Source: Camelus dromedarius (taxonomy: Eukaryota). Taken from it: a stretch of DNA of 64,000 nucleotides. Under the pieces are notes generated by a model. It was not told where the DNA came from. It searched no databases and worked only from the letters and a program-made list of their open reading frames with translations. The stretch lies in the NCBI RefSeq assembly GCF_036321535.1, contig NC_087447.1:34536001-34600000 (forward strand), read 5' to 3'. Made by a program: the position numbers and the translations under genes. Of this stretch, positions 12,064-24,140 are shown in pieces; the first letter of the stretch is position 1, and each line of letters starts with the position of its first letter.

Positions 12064-13429
12064 AAGAACCGATGGCCAAACTGTTGTCACCTGTGAGCCA
12101 AGAACCCAAGAGGTCCTGACCTGAGTCCCTGGACAATTAAATGAGTAACTATATGTAACAGGAAGCCCCCAGCCAGGGGGTGCCCCTGCCCCCAGTAACA
12201 TAACTGGGCTCCTCTGATATCCCCATCCCACCTGTCCCAGCTGCCTTGTCTTCTTTTCCAAGGAGGAACACCCCTTCTCCATGACAGTCAAAGCCAGCTT
12301 ATACACCATGGCACCTGGGCTAGCTGCTCATGTGTCAGGGGCCAGTGTCCCCAAGGCCACTGCTCCGCGGAGCTCGGCCTCATCTGCAGGGGCCAGGCCA
12401 GCCTCCATCAGCACCACAGCTGCAGACCCAGCCAGAGGGGAGATAAACAATCTCTCACTAAGAGGATTTGCAAAATACACAGCACATTAACTAAGCATAT
12501 GCAGCTACTGGGCTGATGTCTTGCTTTCTTTCCTGCCTCTTTTTTATTTTTTTATTTTTGAGGCAAAAATAATTTTTCTTCCTTTAGAGAACAGAGAACT
12601 GAACTCCACTCTCTGGCTGGCATTCATGAAATCCAGGGGCCTTTCTTCCGGTGAGAGAAGATGCTGGAAGGGAATGCCCAGGAGGGATGATGGCGAATGG
12701 AGCAGTCCTCCCAGGCAGCTCTAAAGGAAGACTTGTCCAACCCTTCCTGCCACCTGCCCCACCCTGGAGGCTCCATCTGGCCAGAGAGAGACTTCCTGTT
12801 CGCAAGCTCTCTATGGAACCAGCCCCTCCAAGGCTCAGGATAATTTAGAGATGCCCAGCTTTCTCATAAGAGAGACATAGCACATTATGTTGAATTCTAA
12901 ATTATGACAATATTTCATGTCCATTGACATAATGTAGACATTTCAGAGAGGCATAAAGACGAAAGTAAAATCACTAAATCCATGTCTTAGAGAGAAATGC
13001 CACCCATGTGTTTCCCCCCTGACTTTCCTACAGATATGCACACACTTATAGGGACGTGATGTACAACTATGTGTGCAATGTGCTTTTTTATTTCCACTAA
13101 AATATCTTTCATCTTTAGTATGTTAGTGCAGATGGTAGTGCAGAGACGTTTAATTTCAGGACAGCATCCCACTGGAGGAGGAGGAGAATGAGGAGGGGAA
13201 GGTCAGAACAGTTTCAAGTCACTGTTTCAAGTCACTGTCTTGAGCCTGGAAGTCAGGCACGATTTGAGGGAAGAAAAGCTACCTTCATAGAAACATTATA
13301 GTCATGATAGTTAACATTTATCCAATACATGGTATACCCCAACACTGCCAGCTAGTTCTCATATGTCATCTGTGATCACACAGGAAAGAACTGAGAATCA
13401 AGCCCAGAAGATTCTCTGTCATGTACCAG

Positions 13430-13650
13430 GAGCCTACTCTGTGCGTCTCATTCTACCTCATGACATCCAGGCGCCATTTTGCCTCACAAGATGCCCTCCT
13501 GCAAGGCAGGGGTTGTGACCCCCGTTTCACGGATGAAGAACTGAATGTAGCAAAGTGATGCAAGTTGCTCAAATCAGCCTGTGAAAGGGGAAGATAGAAT
13601 TAAGCACTACTCTGTCTGAAACCAGAATCCTCACCTTTTCCATGCCACCA
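13430..13650 (-). mobile_element. MIR SINE
   Basis: CCCCGTTTCACGGATGAAGAACTGA...CAAGTTGCTCAA. Confidence 0.7.
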
Positions 13651-14289
13651 CGTGAAATGCTCCTTTCCTTTTGAAGAAGCATATTATTAGAAATGACAGC
13701 AGAGGGAGAAAGGCACCACAGTTTCAGGCTACAGAACACCCTCCTTCTTCCCCGCCCACCCCTGTAGGGGCTTAAGACACCACTGTGGAGTCTCAGGGTT
13801 CAGGGGATTTGCACGTGGGGCCTCAATGAAGGTGTGATCTCTGGAGAAGGGATGGGGGCCCTGGGTCTTCAAAGTCCCAGGACCCTCCCTCACCTGAGAT
13901 AGTCTCACTGCCTCTCCTGATGGGGCAGGGGAGCCTCCTGGGCCCACCCTGTTCAGGGAGAAGCAGACCCTTGGAGAACAGAAGAGATGCTGGACTCCGG
14001 TCTAGGACAGCACTGACAGTGTGGCAGAGTTCCGAGAGCAGATGCCCCAATGCCCTCTGACAGGGTGGCCTAACCAAGTGACGCAAAGAATCCCGGAGGA
14101 GAAAACTGTCTGCTTTACCTCAAAGAGATGAGGACCGGCAGGGCCACCCTGCAGACTGGCAGTTCTGTCCATTGGCATCTGAAATACTGCACCAAGAGTT
14201 TGGCTCTGTACCTTGCACATAGCAAACACTCAACAAATGGCAGCTTGGCACATTAGTGTGTCAATAATGATGCAAAGACAAATGTTCAT

Positions 14290-14530
14290 TAGAGTTATTT
14301 CTAGGTGCCACTACTGAGAACTAACTAGCTGCTAAATGCACTCTGTGCATTATCTAATTTAATTCTCACATCAACACTGTGGAGTAAGGGTTATGATCCC
14401 TAATCCCCACTTCACAGGTAAAGAAACTGAGGACTTAGGAAAGAAACTCCTGAAGGCACACAGCTGGGAAGGAGCAGACCTGGGATATGAACCCAAGGCC
14501 ATCTGACTCCAGCGCCCCCACCCTAACCTT
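14290..14530 (-). mobile_element. MIR SINE
   Basis: ATTTAATTCTCACATCAAC...CCCCACTTCACAGGTAAAGAAACTGAGG...GGGATATGAACCCAAGG. Confidence 0.88.
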
Positions 14531-14903
14531 ACTTTGCCACCTGCACGTTGGCAGGATTCAAAATGACCTGCCTTCGTTGTTCTCAGTGAGATCACACTCC
14601 AACCGCAGCCATTCCCTGCCTGGTAACACCTACGTACTAAATCAGCAAAAGGGATGACAAATTCTCAAATGTATGGAAATGTTATTGGACTAACAAGGTT
14701 GGCTACAGCATTGCTGTTGCTAACACAACCCCCTTGTGGAGAAACTGAGGCAAGGAGGGGGGCAGTGCCATGCCTAAGATCACTTCGAGACACCACATAA
14801 TGTTCTGCCTGCTTCTCTGAAGTTGGTGGAAGCACTTTCTAATTTTTAAGATATCTTTGGTTTTCAGGACTTCCATCCATGGCTCCCCAAACCCCCCCTA
14901 GCT

Positions 14904-15448
14904 TGTATTAGCTATCTATTACTAAGTAACAAATTATACCAAATCTCAGTGGCTTAAAATAACAACAATTTCTATGAATCCAGGCAGAGTAACTAGGTCC
15001 TCTACTTCAGGGTCTTTTTAGAGGCTTCCATCAAGGTGGCAAATGGCTGTGGTCACACCAAGGCTCAACTGGAAAAGGATTCACCTCCAAGTTCACTCAC
15101 ATGGCTGCTGGAATGACGATGTCATGATGTCAGTTCCTTGAAGGCTGTAAGACTAAGCACCTGAGTATCTCACTGGCTGTTGGCCACAGGCTGCCCTCAG
15201 TTCATACCACATGGGTCTCTCCAACAGGATAGTTTGCTTCATCAAAGTAAGCAAGCTGAGAAGACGACAGAGAAAGAGTCCAACGGGATGGAAGTCACAG
15301 TCTTTTGTAACCTAATAGGGGAGTGACAGCCCATCACCATAGCTGTATTCTCTTTGCTAGAAGCAAGTCATTAAGGAAGGGGATCATTCAAGGAGGGAAG
15401 CCCAGGAGGCAGGGATCACCGGGAACGTGTCAGAAGTTGCCAACCACA
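14904..15448 (-). mobile_element. ERVL-MaLR solo LTR (MLT1E/F-like)
   Basis: TGTATTAGCTATCTATT...GTAACAAATTA...CTCAGTGGCTTAAAATAACA; GGAAGTCACAGTCTTTTGTAACCTAAT; ends GCCAACCACA. Confidence 0.88.
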
Positions 15449-17089
15449 GAGCACCAGCTCCGTTTCTCAATTTATGAAGCTGTTTCTTTTCCTCAGAGCC
15501 TTCCAACTCTGAATCAACAGCATCACTCTCGGTGACCTTAAAAGTGGCAAGTCTTTGCATTCTAAAACCACTGAGTCAGCCTCTCTCTGCTTCAGGATAC
15601 AGGCTTGGGGTAGGGGGCAGTGTGGCTGGAAGGGGTCTCAGTATCCTCTAGGAATCTTGCAGATAAAGAGGCCTGAAGAGAGAAAGCCACTTGTCCAGGC
15701 AGTGAACCTGAGCCCCATCCTTTGGTCTTTATGCCCAGAGCTCCTCCAGTAGGTAGGGTGGGTCCACCCCAATTCTGATCATCCTCTTAAGTACAGGAGA
15801 CAACATCTAATTGGCAGCAACTTTCCCTGGATATCCTGCAGGGCCTCCAGGAGCTCTTTTGGGCTAAAGGGCTTTGACTCTAGGATCCTGGAAGGTGCTT
15901 GGATAGATTGAGGATGGTTCTAGGTCCGAAGGACTATGCACATTCCTTCCTTCATCCACTTACTCACAGGAGGCTTCAGAGAGATGATGTCTGAGCTGAG
16001 TCTTACAGGATAAAAGGTGGGAGGCAACAGAGATAGGAGAATGAGGAAGACCAAAGGCCAGATGATTGAGACAATAATGGGGAAATTCATTAGCCAGTGG
16101 CTTCTGAGGCCCAGGGTCTCAAGGGGAGATTATAAGTGGACGCATCTCCACCCTCCCTGCTCCCTGGCAGCCACCCTCAACAACACCCACAGCTACTCTG
16201 ATGCCACTCACTTTTGCCTGGTTGGCCTTGCACCCCAGAGGCTGCATTGAGCAAACATCAGAGGAAAGGTATTTTGAGTCTCTTGGGCAGGGCTACTGTG
16301 GCGAGATGCTTCTGCAGCACCCTACTCTTAAAGGGCTGCAAAGCTCACCTGACTCAGAGACGTGGGTGGTAAAGGCGGGGCCGTGCTTCCCCTGCTGGGT
16401 CAGGTCCAGGGCTTGTGGTGGACAGGTTCTTGCAGTCACTTCAGTTCAGCCTCCTTTCCCAGGCCCCAGCTGGCTCAGGCCTGCCCCGTGCAATGCAACC
16501 CAGAAGAGCCTGTCATTGGCACAATCGGGAAACAGGCCATTTGTGCCTGGGCATCACTACACCAAGCACCTGGACACTGTGCCCTAACATTCAGAGCCAT
16601 CCCAGGCCTGGCTACATTATTTCTCTCTTTCTTTAAAAAAAAAATCCTTGATAGATTCTACCCATGCGCTCCTTCAAGGATCCGGTCCACGGGAGGCCAG
16701 TTCAATCTAATGGGAGTTAAAGGATAAGGATAAGTTTATTCAACTCACTTCCCAGGAGCCATATTTAAATATTCATAGGAGACTTCTGGAGACCATGTGT
16801 CCCCAAAGGAGTGACTGCAGTTGTTGAATTAACAGGGCCAAATGGGGGTGGACGGGCCTTTCAATGTTTCTCAGATCAAGCTGTGTACACTGGTAACTTC
16901 CTGATGTCTGGTCCCAGGCTAGAAGGGAGAGTAGAGATGAAAGAAGGGACCCTTCCTTTCCTTTGCTCTTCTCTACCTTCTCACCTCTTGGACTCGAAAC
17001 CCAGAGGAAATCTCAAGTCAGAGGGTTCTGGGGATGAAAAGTCAGGGATAGAAAGGGCCTTGGCTGTCACCTGGTCTCAAGACCCTCCA

Positions 17090-17230
17090 GAAACCTCCCC
17101 TCTGCACACTTTAGGTGAGGAGACAAGCATTCAAGCAGGGGAGGTGACCTGCCTAGTTCACACAGCGAGTTTACAGCAAAGTCAGGAGCTGAGCCAGGTC
17201 TGAGCTTTGTCCTTTGCACCTTGCTGATTT
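17090..17230 (-). mobile_element. MIR SINE fragment
   Basis: TAGGTGAGGAGACAAG...GGTGACCTGCCTAGTTCACACAGCGAGT. Confidence 0.65.
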
Positions 17231-18119
17231 CCAGAGGAGGCATCCCTTGTGATAAGTCCCAGGGCAGGACCGAGGTGGGGAATCGAACAATGGAGTCTGT
17301 AGCCCAAGCATCTAGTGCCCAGGAAGAACTGAAGGCATCCCAGGAAACAAGGGTTTCTCCTGGCCTGGGGGACACAGCTGTCCCATCACCCCATATGGAA
17401 GTCCCCCCCCGCCGCCCTGTCTGGATGAGTGCTGGCTGAAGTAGGGGTGAGGCCCAGAGAGCAAGCAAATGAAAGCTGGGCCCTGTGCCAGCTGCCACAG
17501 ACTTAACACTGGGAGGTTCCTTTTGCACCTGCCAGCCAATCCATCAGCCCTCTCCCTGCCTGACTCCAGCAGTGGGGCTGGAGAGGACGTGGACTGGAGG
17601 GCTGACAGCTCAGGCTGATGAGGGATGGGTTGGGGTCAGAGCAGACAAAGCCTAGTGCCACCTCCCTCTGAGAAAGAAAGCAGACCAGAAGCTGGAACTT
17701 CCCAAGAGGGACAGGGAGCAATCACAGCCCAAGGTCGAGGAGAAGGACCTCAGGGTCCAGGCAAAGGCCTCTCAGGGTCAAGAGCTAACATGTTCCTTCC
17801 TCTGGGCCAAAAAAAAAAAAAAAGGAAAAAACACACACCAATTGGCTGAGCTACTCTTCTGAGGTAAGATTTGCCGGGGGACTGTTATGGTTCCCTAAGA
17901 AGAGATGCTTTCTACTAGCCAGGATTTTGCAATAGTGGAATTAGCAGTGACATTCCTTTCATCAGAGGACATTTAAGAAGTGGTTAAGCCAGCATCTGAG
18001 GATGCTGCAGAGGTGACTGACCCCAGAGCACCTCCAACCTCTTGAAGCAGGAGGCAGCACAGTGCAAAAGTGAGAGCCAGACTTTAATTAACATATTCAT
18101 TCTCTGAGGGTCTGGGGAG

Positions 18120-18123
<4 letters not shown>

Positions 18124-18200
<77 letters not shown>
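18124..18200. repeat. perfect (TG)38 microsatellite
   Basis: 77 bp uninterrupted TG. Confidence 0.98.
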
Positions 18201-18202
<2 letters not shown>

Positions 18203-19044
18203 TAAGATCAGAGTACTATTCATTTACAGCAGAGGCTTGTGGGATCTGTTGGAAGAAGAGGACAGGCTAGAGGGCTTGCACAATGCCTGGCACCTAGTAC
18301 ACTGGGCTCGCAAGTGGAAGCTGGCATTTGTTTGAGCCCAGGGGTGTGGGGCTGGGCAATGGCGCATGGGAACAAGAGGTGTGAGGGAGGCATTAGCCAC
18401 TGCCCCTGACACATACACACGTACATGTGACTGCAGAGTGTCTGTAACTCTCCAGCACAATGGCACTTAGGAAAAGGCTCAAGGTCATCCCACCTGCCTT
18501 GAATAGAATCCCATCTACCCCGCTGCTAAACAGCACTAAGCTACGCTGAGCATTACTAAGGTGGTCCTGACGTGGATTCTCCTTCACATCACTGCCCACC
18601 TGGCCGGCTTGGGCTGACTTCTTGGTCTCTCAGGACGCTGCTGGACCCATGCCAACTGCCCTGACTTGCTAAAGCTTCTGGGAAGGGCAGTGCTGAGCAG
18701 TCAGAGAGGCTCACACCAACTCCACTAAAGCCGGACCTTCCCCCATCATCAAGGTTAACAGGCCACCTTGATTTACTGTGAGTTTACACTTATACTCAAA
18801 CACTGCCTTGGCCACCGCCTGACTCACAGAAAACTGCCTTCTTCTCATTCCACAAACAACAGTAACCCTGGGGTCCTGAGGAACAGTCATTTTGGTCCAG
18901 GACAGTTAAGTTTAGATGGAGAGAGAGCTCAGATAATAGGAGACACATTTAGCAACACATTCTCATTCCTGGAGGCTCAATACAGGATTTGGAGGTTACC
19001 ACAGGGGCAGCAGAGGGCCCGTGGAGGACATTCATCTTAAAGCT

Positions 19045-19240
19045 GATTCTGGAGCTGATGTCTTCCTCTTTCCAGTGACTACATAGATGCCTTTTAGTTT
19101 CACCATCTGTAAAATGGGAATATTAATGGCACCACCTTTTGGGGTTGTTGTGAAATGTAATTAGAACATAATAAATATACAGTTCTAGGCAGAGTGCCTG
19201 CACATAGCAGGCTTTCAAAAATGGATAATACATTTTTGTT
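19045..19240 (+). mobile_element. MIR SINE
   Basis: AGTTTCACCATCTGTAAAATGGG...GGGTTGTTGTGA...AGTGCCTGCACATAG. Confidence 0.88.
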
Positions 19241-19428
19241 ATCTTTTTGTTTTTGTTATCTTTTTGTTATCTTTCTTTATGGAAAGCATTAAGGATTTCC
19301 CACCTGAGCCAGACCTCCTACTTATTTGCCCAGTTTCTGTCTTTGACAGTGAATGCTAAAGAGGCATGTTATGAATGATATTATGAAAACACCTGTCATT
19401 GGCCACTCACTATTAAAAGTGCCTGGTA

Positions 19429-19843
19429 TTCTAAGTAAAGTAAGCCAGAAAGAGAAAGAAAAATACCATATGACATCACTCATATGTGGAATCTTAAAAA
19501 AAAAGAGAGACACATGAACTTATTTACAAAACAGAAACAGACTCACAGACATAGAAAACAAACTAATGGTTACCAGGAGGGTAACAGGGTGAGAAGGGAT
19601 AAATTGGGAATTTGAGATTTGCAGATACTGGGTACTATATATAAAATAGATAAACAACAAGTTTCTACTGTATAGCACAGGGAATTATATTCAATATCTA
19701 GTAGTAACTTACGGTGAAAACGAGTATGAAAATGAATATATGTATGTTCATGCCTGACTAAAGCATTATGCCGTACACCAGAAATTGACACAACATTGTA
19801 AACTGACTATACCTCAATATAAATATACATAGAAAGGGGAAAA
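19429..19843 (+). mobile_element. young 5'-truncated L1 LINE 3' end (camelid type)
   Basis: AAGTAAGCCAGAAAGAGAAAGAAAAATACCATATGA...CCAGAAATTGACACAACATTGTAAACTGACTATAC; TSD AAAAGTGCCTGGTA (19415-19428) / AAAGGTGCCTGGTA (19844-19857); TT|AAAA endonuclease site. Confidence 0.95.
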
Positions 19844-20059
19844 AAAGGTGCCTGGTAGTCATTAAGTGTTCAGTAAGGGATAGATTCCTTCTATCCCTTC
19901 CTGAAGGACAACTTCCCCACCTTTGGGGGCCACCCTGAGCCACACTGTAGATAGTCAATGGTGTTTTAAAGCACCTTGCTATACCTGCCATATCAACATA
20001 CTCTACCACAAGGTATGCCTCAAGACACAGCTGGCATAGAATGGGGATTTAAGAAGAAA

Positions 20060-20310
20060 GTAGCCTCTATGTATTGGCCATTTACTACATGCCAGATCTG
20101 TTCAAGATGCTTCATGTGGGTTATTTCATTCAATCTTTCAAACAACTTCATGGACATGCTATTACTATTACCCCCACTTTATAGATGGTAAAGCAGAGGT
20201 TTCCAGGGGTCAAGTAATTGACCCAATGTCACACAAATATAAGTGGATGAGCCAGGATTTGAACCCAGGTCTTTCTGCCGCCAGAACCCCATCTCTTAAC
20301 CATTGCTCAG
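20060..20310 (-). mobile_element. MIR SINE (near full length)
   Basis: TTTACTACATGCCAG...CCCCACTTTATAGATG...GAGCCAGGATTTGAACCCAGG...TCTTAACCA. Confidence 0.92.
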
Positions 20311-21468
20311 CCAGGCAGCAGGAAATAGTTACAAGACAAAAGTGAGGCTTAAGAGCTTTATAGAGAAGGAGTATAGATATTCATACTTGGAGTCTCACTG
20401 AATGACACAGCTTGTATGGCAGAGACAGCTGTCTGCAAAACCTGCTCCTTTCTGCAGAGCCCTTGGACTAGCCTTCAAGCCAGAGTTCGTAGGCCCAGCC
20501 CTGAAGCCAGGCCCCCACCTGGCTCTTGGCTCTTCTACCAGCCAGACGCCACCTCTGTCCTTATCCTTCCAGTACAGATGCCAGGAGCTGGAGATGCTCC
20601 AGTGCCCCCTTGCGGAGAATTTGAGGGTGTAGCACTATTGGGGATACTGGTGATGTGATTCAGTAGGAGACCAAGAATTGCAAGTCGTCCTAAGATCCAT
20701 CCTTACAAACCCAACAGTCACCGGTCCTGGTGACAGAAGCTGGCGATACCCACGGCTGAGGTCTCCAGACTTCCATCACCCCTCTCAATCCAGGCTCCAT
20801 CTGCAGAGGGCATAATGGGCCAGTGAGCAGCCCCAAAGAGGGAATCTGGAGAGGGGGAGCATAAGTGGGAAAAGAAAGATAGATAAAGCCTCCAGCAGCA
20901 GCTGGTCAGGGAGGCTGGATTCTCACCTCTAATCTGCTTCTGCAGATTATGCCTCATGCAGTCAGTGGGGGAGAAATACCACGATTTACATGACAAGGGC
21001 CAAAGGAGAGAATTACAGCAAATCAATTCTGCATGAGGAGATAAAGCCCCATATTTAATGTATGCGGTGAAAGGTAGAAATTCAATTCTCCTAACGTCAG
21101 ATGATGCTGATTAAAGCTGACATTCATTATTAGTATGATGATTTTTCCCTCTCTTCTTGGACTTGAACAAACAGGTCCCATAAAGGCAGGGTTGTAGAAC
21201 AGCATCGTGAATGGGCAACTGAATGAAGAAAGGGCAGCTCTGGCCACCACCACCGACGACCCTTCAGGAGAAGGGACTCCCAGAACAGCACCAATTACTC
21301 TTACTGATGCTGGCAAAAGGCAAACAGTATAGCACTGCCTTGGGAAGCTCCCAGAATCTGAGTCAACTCCTGGCTGGGCCATCCGCAGCTGCATGGCCAG
21401 CAGCTTATCACATTTCCCTCTCTGAGCCTGTATGCTCCTTGGTCGAACTGAGTGGGGTCTGACTCCAG

Positions 21469-21652
21469 CAGTGTTCCCCAAAGGGCGCCTCAAGGATGCC
21501 CCATGAGAAGGGGTCCTCTAGCCAAATACGTGAGGCTGTGCCACAGACCAGATTGTTCTCTGGGAACCTCACAATGCACATTAGCAGACGTAAGGCTCGG
21601 AGAAGTCGGATGGCAAAGAAACCTGTTTAATTTGGTTTCATCCTGGGTTTCC
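21469..21652. mobile_element. hAT-Charlie non-autonomous element (MER112-like)
   Basis: CAGTGTTCCCCAAAG terminus; TCACAATGCACATTAGCA...AAGGCTCGGAGAAGTC...AAAGAAACCTGTTTAA. Confidence 0.65.
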
Positions 21653-21658
21653 TTAGAT

Positions 21659-21861
21659 CAGGGTTGGCAAACCTTTTCCATACAGGGTCAGTCAGTAAAT
21701 ATTTTAGGCTTGGCAGACCACACTGTCTGTTGCAACCACTCAACTATACTGTTGTAGTGTGAGCGCATCCAGAGACAATACGTAAACAAAAAGGTGTGAC
21801 TATACTCCAATAAAACCTTACTTAAAAACATAGCTTGTGAGCCATAGCTGGCTAAGCTTTG
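21659..21861 (+). mobile_element. MER58A-like hAT-Charlie element
   Basis: CAGGGTTGGCAAAC...AGTAAATATTTTAGGCTT...CAACCACTCAACT...CCAATAAAAC; 8 bp TSD CCTTAGAT/CCCTAGAC (NTCTAGAN type). Confidence 0.88.
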
Positions 21862-21949
21862 CCCTAGACCATGAACTGCCCTAGACCCTGAACCACCCCA
21901 GCCCCAGCCTTCTTTTCTATGTGAGACTTACTAAGAGGTCAAACAACAG

Positions 21950-22140
21950 AGCAGGTAGAAAGTTAGGTCCAAATCCCAGTGCTGCTGGTTAGCGATTTTG
22001 AATCCTTGGATAAATGACTTAAGCTCTGTTACAGCTCCTGGCACATAAGTGGGGGAAGGGGGTCAACGTGACACTTTATTGCAAGAATTTACATAAAGCA
22101 CCTGGCATAGCAACTATTACATAAATGTGCAATAACTATT
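21950..22140 (+). mobile_element. MIR SINE
   Basis: GGTCCAAATCCCAG...CCTTGGATAAATGACTTAAGCTCT...AAAGCACCTGGCATAG. Confidence 0.7.
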
Positions 22141-22837
22141 TATGTTATTGATGGCAGTTCAATTATTATTATTAATAATAATATTGATATCCAGTAGTGA
22201 AAAGTTCTTTGAAACACCAAGAAAAAACTTCCCAAAAAAGGCCCCTTGGATGCTTGTGTTTTGTTAGGTGAAGAGGGGAAGGACCAGCTATTAGTGTTAC
22301 ATCAGACTCATGGTGGCAAGACCCTCTTGTGGAGTTTCCAGACTCTCATCATTAATTTCCCATCAGAGTTCATCTTTCCTGACCTCTCTGTCAGGGAAGT
22401 TTCTTTAGCTTCCTTTCAGCTCAGTTAATTATACCCGACACAGTGACCAGACCACCAAATGAACTGCGGCTCAACTCACAGCCGTCAACCAAGACTCAGC
22501 CCCAACTAGCTGGCTGGGGCCACCTGGTGAAAACGCACCCCCTGTCCCACCTCTGCAGGCCCCATCCAGATCGCCAATGTCACGGGAGACCTCCGGAAGC
22601 TGGGAGCTATGCTAAAAATGTACACCCGTCTCATGTAATGAAAAACAGTTCCTCTCATGCTGGGCAAAGCTTCCTTTTTAATTCTTTCATTATGGGGGAA
22701 GCTTTGTTTCTAGAGTAGACAATGTATTTACAACAGAATTTTTGACTTGACATGTAAAGGGGCCTTGCCTTGGGACAGAGGAGAGATGCCTGGTAATGGT
22801 TATGGAAACCAGCAGGAACAGGAGAAGGGGATGAGAA

Positions 22838-22929
22838 CCGTGTATGTGTGTGTTTGCATACACGTGTGCATGCGTGAGTATGCACGCGTTAGAGTGTGCG
22901 TGTGTGGGTGCACATCTACACGCACGTGC
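22838..22929. repeat. degenerate alternating purine-pyrimidine tract (TG/CA/CG)
   Basis: GTGTATGTGTGTG...CACGTGTGCATGCGTG...TGCACGCG...GTGTGCGTGTGTG. Confidence 0.8.
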
Positions 22930-23699
22930 CCAGCATAGGGGCTAGGGCAGCAGGTAAGACCCTGGTTTGTGTCTTGGTTGGTCAAGGCTTAGACTGGGCC
23001 CTGCCCTCTTCTTATACTTTGTACTTGCCCGAGCAAGTACCAAACCCAACACACAGTAGGTACTCAATACATTTTCATGGACTGATTGATTGAAATATTT
23101 GACAAATTAATTAATGAGTTATTATCCCCTCTCCTTTTTCTTTTGCTTTGGTCTGCTAGGCCCTTGCTGTTTCCCTCCTCGGTGAACTCCAAACTGGCCG
23201 GCTCTGCCCGTTGCTTTGACATTGTCTCCTGCAAACCCCTACCCTTGCCTCATCCATCCTCTCACCCTGGGAGCCCTCCATCAGCAATTCTTGCAGGCAC
23301 CTGGCTCTGGACCTAACTGTCCCATCACACCCAATGACCCGGGATGCCCTTTACTTCGCTGATGCAGAGCTTTGTGGTTTCCTCCATCCTTCCCTCCTGC
23401 CGTCCCTCTGTGAATCCCACCTCCATCCCGCCTTTCAGAGGGAGCGCTTGCTCCACACCCTGCCTCCCTGCCCTGACCCCCACACACTTTCTCTAGTTGA
23501 TCTTGATCATTTTCTACCTGATAAAACTCCTTTTAATGGCCAGTGCTTATCATCCTCCTAAGGGCTCTTTGAGGACTCTAGGATATCTTTCCAGGAAAAG
23601 GTTTTTGCTCCTAGCAATAAATGCTGAATTTGTCATGATAACAACACATTAGCCTTTGTACTGAATGGTGTTTGCACTTGGCAAAGTACTGTCACATGG

Positions 23700-23930
23700 G
23701 ATCTGGGCTGTGCTGGAGATCACCCATGGTCTGGAATCCAAAGCCCAAATTTTAAATCCTGGCTCCCCTCCTCTTGGCTGAGAAACCTCAGGCAAGGCCC
23801 TCAACTTCTCTGAGCTTGTTTTCTCATTTGTACAATTTGGATGGTCTTGATCCCAACCTTCCTAGCTCAGGGACAGGCCAGGGGAATGAAGTGAGGTGAA
23901 GGACACAAAAAAGGCCCCTAGTCAACCTTC
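23700..23930 (+). mobile_element. MIR SINE
   Basis: AAATCCTGGCTC...CCTCAGGCAAG...AACTTCTCTGAGC...TTTTCTCATTTGTA. Confidence 0.8.
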
Positions 23931-23949
23931 AGGCATCACAATAACAGTC

Positions 23950-24140
23950 ATTTCCTGCAGCCTGCTCTGAGCCAGGCTCTGCTGGGCATCCTCGTGGAGA
24001 CTGAGTTTCCAGGAATGGTCCCCAACTTACAGATGAGAAAACTGAGGCTCAGAGAGAAGTGATGTGACCAAGTGATGTGATAGAGACCATTTAGTCCCAG
24101 TTCATCTCACTGCAAAGTCTGCCAACTTTCCACTCTGCCA
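23950..24140 (-). mobile_element. MIR SINE
   Basis: CCCCAACTTACAGATGAGAAAACTGAGGCTCAGAGAG. Confidence 0.82.

Noticed and set aside
17984..18335. HT and CV dipeptide repeat ORFs (also at 57961)
   Set aside because: Translations of (TG)n microsatellites
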